From Candidatus Eiseniibacteriota bacterium (GTDB lineage Bacteria; Eisenbacteria; RBG-16-71-46): a stretch of DNA of 64,000 nucleotides. Below the pieces are notes generated by a model. The model saw nothing but the letters and a program-made list of their open reading frames with translations, was not told the DNA's origin and searched no databases. Made by a program: the position numbers and the translations under genes. Shown piece after piece: positions 60,749 through 64,000 of this stretch. Location of the stretch: contig OY970342.1 in NCBI GenBank assembly GCA_963717505.1, positions 3,008,001 to 3,072,000 on the forward strand, in the 5' to 3' direction. The first letter of the stretch is position 1. Each line of letters opens with the position of its first letter.

Positions 60749-63729
60749 GGCCCCGCCTGGTGGCCGCCCTGCTGGCGACGATGTTGCTCGCCGGCGCCGG
60801 GGTCGCGCGCGCCCAGTACTACGGCCAGAACCTGGTCCAGTACCAGGGCCAGTCGTGGCGGACGCTCGAGGGCGGACGGTTCAACGTCTATTACCAGGCC
60901 GGGCACGACAGCCTGGCGCACCGCGTGCTCCAGCTGGCGCACCAGGCGCACGCGATGCTGGCGCCGCGCATGGGGCACCAGCTCGAGCACGAGGTTCCGA
61001 TCCTGGTGCACGGCTCGCGCAACGACCTGGTCCAGGGCAACGTCCAGCCCGGCCGGAGCGTGATCGGCACCGGCGACTTTGCCGGCGAGCTGCGCAACCG
61101 GGTGGTCGTGACCTTCAGTGGATCGAACGACGGATTGCGGCGCACCGTGGTGCACCAGATGGTGCACGCGATGTTGTTCGACATGCTACACGGCGGCTCG
61201 CCCCGGGCGATGGCCCTGCGCCAGGGGGCGTATGCGATGCCGCCCTGGTTCGTCGAGGGACTGGCCGAGTATTACGCGCTCGGCTCGGAAACCGACGTCG
61301 ACATGGTGGCCCGCGATGGGGCGATCGAGGGCTATCTGGCGCCGCTCCGGCTGACCTCGGGCTACTGGGCGTATGTCGAGGGTCGCTCGGCGATCGCGTG
61401 GGGCGCAGCGCGGCGCGGGGAGAAAGCGCTGCGCGACCTGTTGGCACGGCTCAAGAAGCGCGAGGACTTCAACGAAGCCTTCCCGGCGGCGATGGGCATG
61501 CCGGTGCGCGCGTTCGATGCCGACTGGCGTGCGGACATGCGCAAACGCTGGTGGCCCGAGGTTGCGCGCACCGAGCGTCCGGAACAGTTTGCGCGCCGGA
61601 TCACCGACCACAGGATCGACGACAGCGGCCTCAACATCTCGCCGGCGATCGCGCCCCAGGGCGACCGCATCGCCTATCTGTCGAGCCGACGCCAGTACGC
61701 CGACGTCGATCTGATCTCGTCGTTCGACGGCAAGAAGCTGCGCCGCCTGGCGCGCGGCCCGCGCATGACCGCGTTCGAATCGGTGCCGTCGCTGCGCGGC
61801 GGACTGGCCTGGTCCCCGGACGGCGAGAAGATCGCGCTGACCGCGTTCCAGGGCGGGCGCGACGTGCTGCACGTGCGCTCGGCGCGTACCGGCGACGTGG
61901 TCGCGACCTACGAGCTGCCGTGCCGGTCGATTTCGTATCCGGCATGGTCGCCGGCCGGCGATTCGATCGCGGTGGCCGGCAACATGAACGGTCAGTCCGA
62001 CGTCTGGCTGGTATCGGCGTCGAACGGCGGATTCCGGCGGTTGACCGAAGATGCATGGGACGAAATCGAGTTAGTGTGGTCGCCGATCGGGCGGCGGCTG
62101 ACCTTCGCGTCGGATCGCGGCGCACCGGTCGCGGCGGTGCTGGCGCGTGAACCGGGGGGCCCGGGCAGCTATGGGATCTTCACGCTCGACCTGGACTCGG
62201 GGGTGATCGAGACCACGATCGACACGCCGGCGCACGATCACGCGCCCGCGTGGTCGCCGGACGGCCGCCGCCTTGCGTTCGTTTCGCTGCTCGACAGCAC
62301 CGCCAACATCCACCTGTACGACCCGGCACAAGGCAGCCGATTCCAGCTGACCCACGTACGCGGCAGCGTTCAGGGGCTGTCGTGGGCGCGCGACAACGAC
62401 CGACTGGTGTTCTCGGCGTTCGACGATGGTGGCTACGATCTGTTCGCGATGCGCGAGGAGCTGTCGCGCGATGACGTGATCGAGCGCCTGCGGGCGCGCG
62501 CGGCCGCCGACTCGGGCGTCATGATCGCCGACTCGGATGGCGCCAGCGTTCCCGACCGTGAGGTGGCGCCGGATTCGCTCGGCGGGGTTGCCGTTTCGGA
62601 TTCGAGCGCAGCCAGCGTGCCTGCGCCGAGCTTGGCCGCCGAGCCGCTGACCATCAAACCCTCGCGCGGCTACCGCCCTTGGCTCGGCCTCGACATCCTG
62701 GGCGGTGGCATCCAGGCCGCGAACGGCTTCGGCATCACCGGCGACCTCCAGTTCCACTTGAGCGACCTGGTCGGCAATCGTGCGCTCGAGGTCACGGTCG
62801 ACGTGGTCGCCGAAAAGGTCGAGGACCTGAACGCATTCGCCGCCTACCGCGCGCAGGGCCGGCGGTTGGACTGGGGTTTCGGAGCGTTCCACTACGGCCA
62901 GTTCTTCGGCACGCGCGTCACCCCGCTCGCCGATCAGTTCGACATGCCGCGCCTCTACTCCGACCGCGTGTTCGGCGGCTTCGCCAGCCTGCACTACCCG
63001 TTCGACCGCACCCGGCGTCTGGAGCTGAACCCGACCCTGATGTTCGTCGACCGCGAGGTTCCAGGGCCGGGCGGGCTAGGAGCGCCGGCGACCGTGAGCG
63101 TGCTCAACACCGTGTTCTCGCCGGCGGTGTCGCTGGTGCGCGACAACGCGCAGTTCAGCCGCTACGGCCCGGTCAACGGCACGCGCACCGATCTCACCTA
63201 CGCGCCCTCGATCGATGTCGGTCTGGAAGATCCGCTCGAGTACCAGACGGTGACGCTCGACACCCGGCACTACCGCGGCCTGAGTCGCGGCTACACGCTC
63301 GCCACCCGCCTGCTCGGCGGCGTCAGCGACGGCACCGACCCGCAGAGCTTCCAGGTCGGCGGCTATTCGACACTGCGCGGCTACGACGACTTCGAGCTGC
63401 TCGGCTCGCGGGTGGCGATGGCCAGCGCCGAGTTCCGCTTTCCGTTCATTCAGGAGCTGGGCATCCTCGGGCCGATCCCGATCGGAGCGCTGCAGCTGCG
63501 CGGCGCGTCGTTCGTGGATGTGGGCATGGTGTGGAACGAGGGCGATCCGCTGCGGGTCAGCGAGGTCGACAACGGCTCGCGCCGGCTACGCGACTTGAAG
63601 TTCAGTTTCGGCTTCGGTGCGCGCACCGTGTTCTTCTTCGCCATCGCCAAGATGGACGTGGCCTGGACCACCAACTTCGACGACGCGAGCGGGCCGCGCT
63701 GGCACTTCACCCTGGGCCCGGAGTTTTAG
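60736..63729 (+). CDS. Exported zincin-like + PD40/TolB-like propeller + Omp85 barrel protein; HExxH replaced by HQxxH
   Basis: Signal peptide, QYYGQNLVQY, VVHQMVHAM, PPWFVEGLAEY, repeated (P)AWSPDG blades, GGYSTLRGY, terminal FTLGPEF. Confidence 0.85.
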   Translation: MGVLRPRLVAALLATMLLAGAGVARAQYYGQNLVQYQGQSWRTLEGGRFNVYYQAGHDSLAHRVLQLAHQAHAMLAPRMGHQLEHEVPILVHGSRNDLVQGNVQPGRSVIGTGDFAGELRNRVVVTFSGSNDGLRRTVVHQMVHAMLFDMLHGGSPRAMALRQGAYAMPPWFVEGLAEYYALGSETDVDMVARDGAIEGYLAPLRLTSGYWAYVEGRSAIAWGAARRGEKALRDLLARLKKREDFNEAFPAAMGMPVRAFDADWRADMRKRWWPEVARTERPEQFARRITDHRIDDSGLNISPAIAPQGDRIAYLSSRRQYADVDLISSFDGKKLRRLARGPRMTAFESVPSLRGGLAWSPDGEKIALTAFQGGRDVLHVRSARTGDVVATYELPCRSISYPAWSPAGDSIAVAGNMNGQSDVWLVSASNGGFRRLTEDAWDEIELVWSPIGRRLTFASDRGAPVAAVLAREPGGPGSYGIFTLDLDSGVIETTIDTPAHDHAPAWSPDGRRLAFVSLLDSTANIHLYDPAQGSRFQLTHVRGSVQGLSWARDNDRLVFSAFDDGGYDLFAMREELSRDDVIERLRARAAADSGVMIADSDGASVPDREVAPDSLGGVAVSDSSAASVPAPSLAAEPLTIKPSRGYRPWLGLDILGGGIQAANGFGITGDLQFHLSDLVGNRALEVTVDVVAEKVEDLNAFAAYRAQGRRLDWGFGAFHYGQFFGTRVTPLADQFDMPRLYSDRVFGGFASLHYPFDRTRRLELNPTLMFVDREVPGPGGLGAPATVSVLNTVFSPAVSLVRDNAQFSRYGPVNGTRTDLTYAPSIDVGLEDPLEYQTVTLDTRHYRGLSRGYTLATRLLGGVSDGTDPQSFQVGGYSTLRGYDDFELLGSRVAMASAEFRFPFIQELGILGPIPIGALQLRGASFVDVGMVWNEGDPLRVSEVDNGSRRLRDLKFSFGFGARTVFFFAIAKMDVAWTTNFDDASGPRWHFTLGPEF

Positions 63730-63845
63730 CGGCGCTCCCGGCTGTCGTCGCCAGCCTCCATCGCGCATGGACCCCCTCGCGGCCTTCGGCTAGATTGCGG
63801 GTTCGTCCCCGGCCCGCATGTCCACGCCGTCTCGCGAGGCGCTTC

Positions 63846-64000
63846 CTGGAACTCCTCGACACCCTCAATCCTGCGCAGCGCGACGCCGTGTCCCACGAGC
63901 GGCGGGCGGTACTGGTGCTCGCCGGCGCCGGCAGCGGCAAGACCCGCGTGCTCACCGCTCGCGTCGCCTGGTTGCTCGAGCAAGGGGTGCCGCCGCGCGC
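63846..64000 (+). CDS. UvrD/PcrA family helicase, 5' fragment running off the window
   Basis: Frame reads (M)ELLDTLNPAQRDAVSH...LVLAGAGSGKTRVLTARVAWLL; probable CTG start at 63846 (alternative TTG 63795). Confidence 0.9.
   Translation, partial: MELLDTLNPAQRDAVSHERRAVLVLAGAGSGKTRVLTARVAWLLEQGVPPR

Overview
A very GC-rich, gene-dense segment of the core chromosome of a diderm, LPS-producing bacterium. The gene content is compatible with an FCB-related lineage such as Ca. Eisenbacteria, but that is a weak inference. All ~52 credible protein genes and all 6 RNA genes are on the + strand, mostly overlapping or abutting. In order: aconitase-like/obgE/HEAT/dprA/lpxL-like/thioesterase, a GAF histidine-kinase-like gene, tRNA-Phe and tRNA-Thr, an inserted HNH endonuclease with a ~460-nt structured non-coding leader, glmM-glmS-ridA-selD-selC, lepA-lepB-hemW-hrcA-grpE-dnaJ-rsmE, rpsU-cvpA-mutS2-dnaG-rpoD-tRNAs, zinc-ribbon-rnhA-rnpB, a TMTC-like glycosyltransferase, recJ-rel-dtd-maf, a membrane spermidine-synthase/TPR fusion, a DUF2723 glycosyltransferase, rplM-rpsI-rpsB-tsf-pyrH-frr-cdsA-dxr, an LPS glycosyltransferase block, rseP-tamA-tamB, a zincin/propeller/Omp85 protein and the start of uvrD/pcrA. 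The ORF track hides several things: SelD is a selenoprotein (in-frame TGA plus SECIS-like hairpin), tRNA-Sec and RNase P RNA are present, and several genes look leaderless. The most notable items are the HNH insert with its structured leader, four intact ORFs with ablated catalytic motifs (Fe-S-less aconitase, His-less kinase, HxGH-less nucleotidyltransferase, HQxxH zincin-Omp85), an HrcA with an altered recognition helix and a non-CIRCE palindrome in its promoter, and two homologues of eukaryote-type protein O-mannosyltransferases. No CRISPR array, rRNA or recognisable transposase/integrase was seen. All family assignments come from motif recognition by eye, not database searches.
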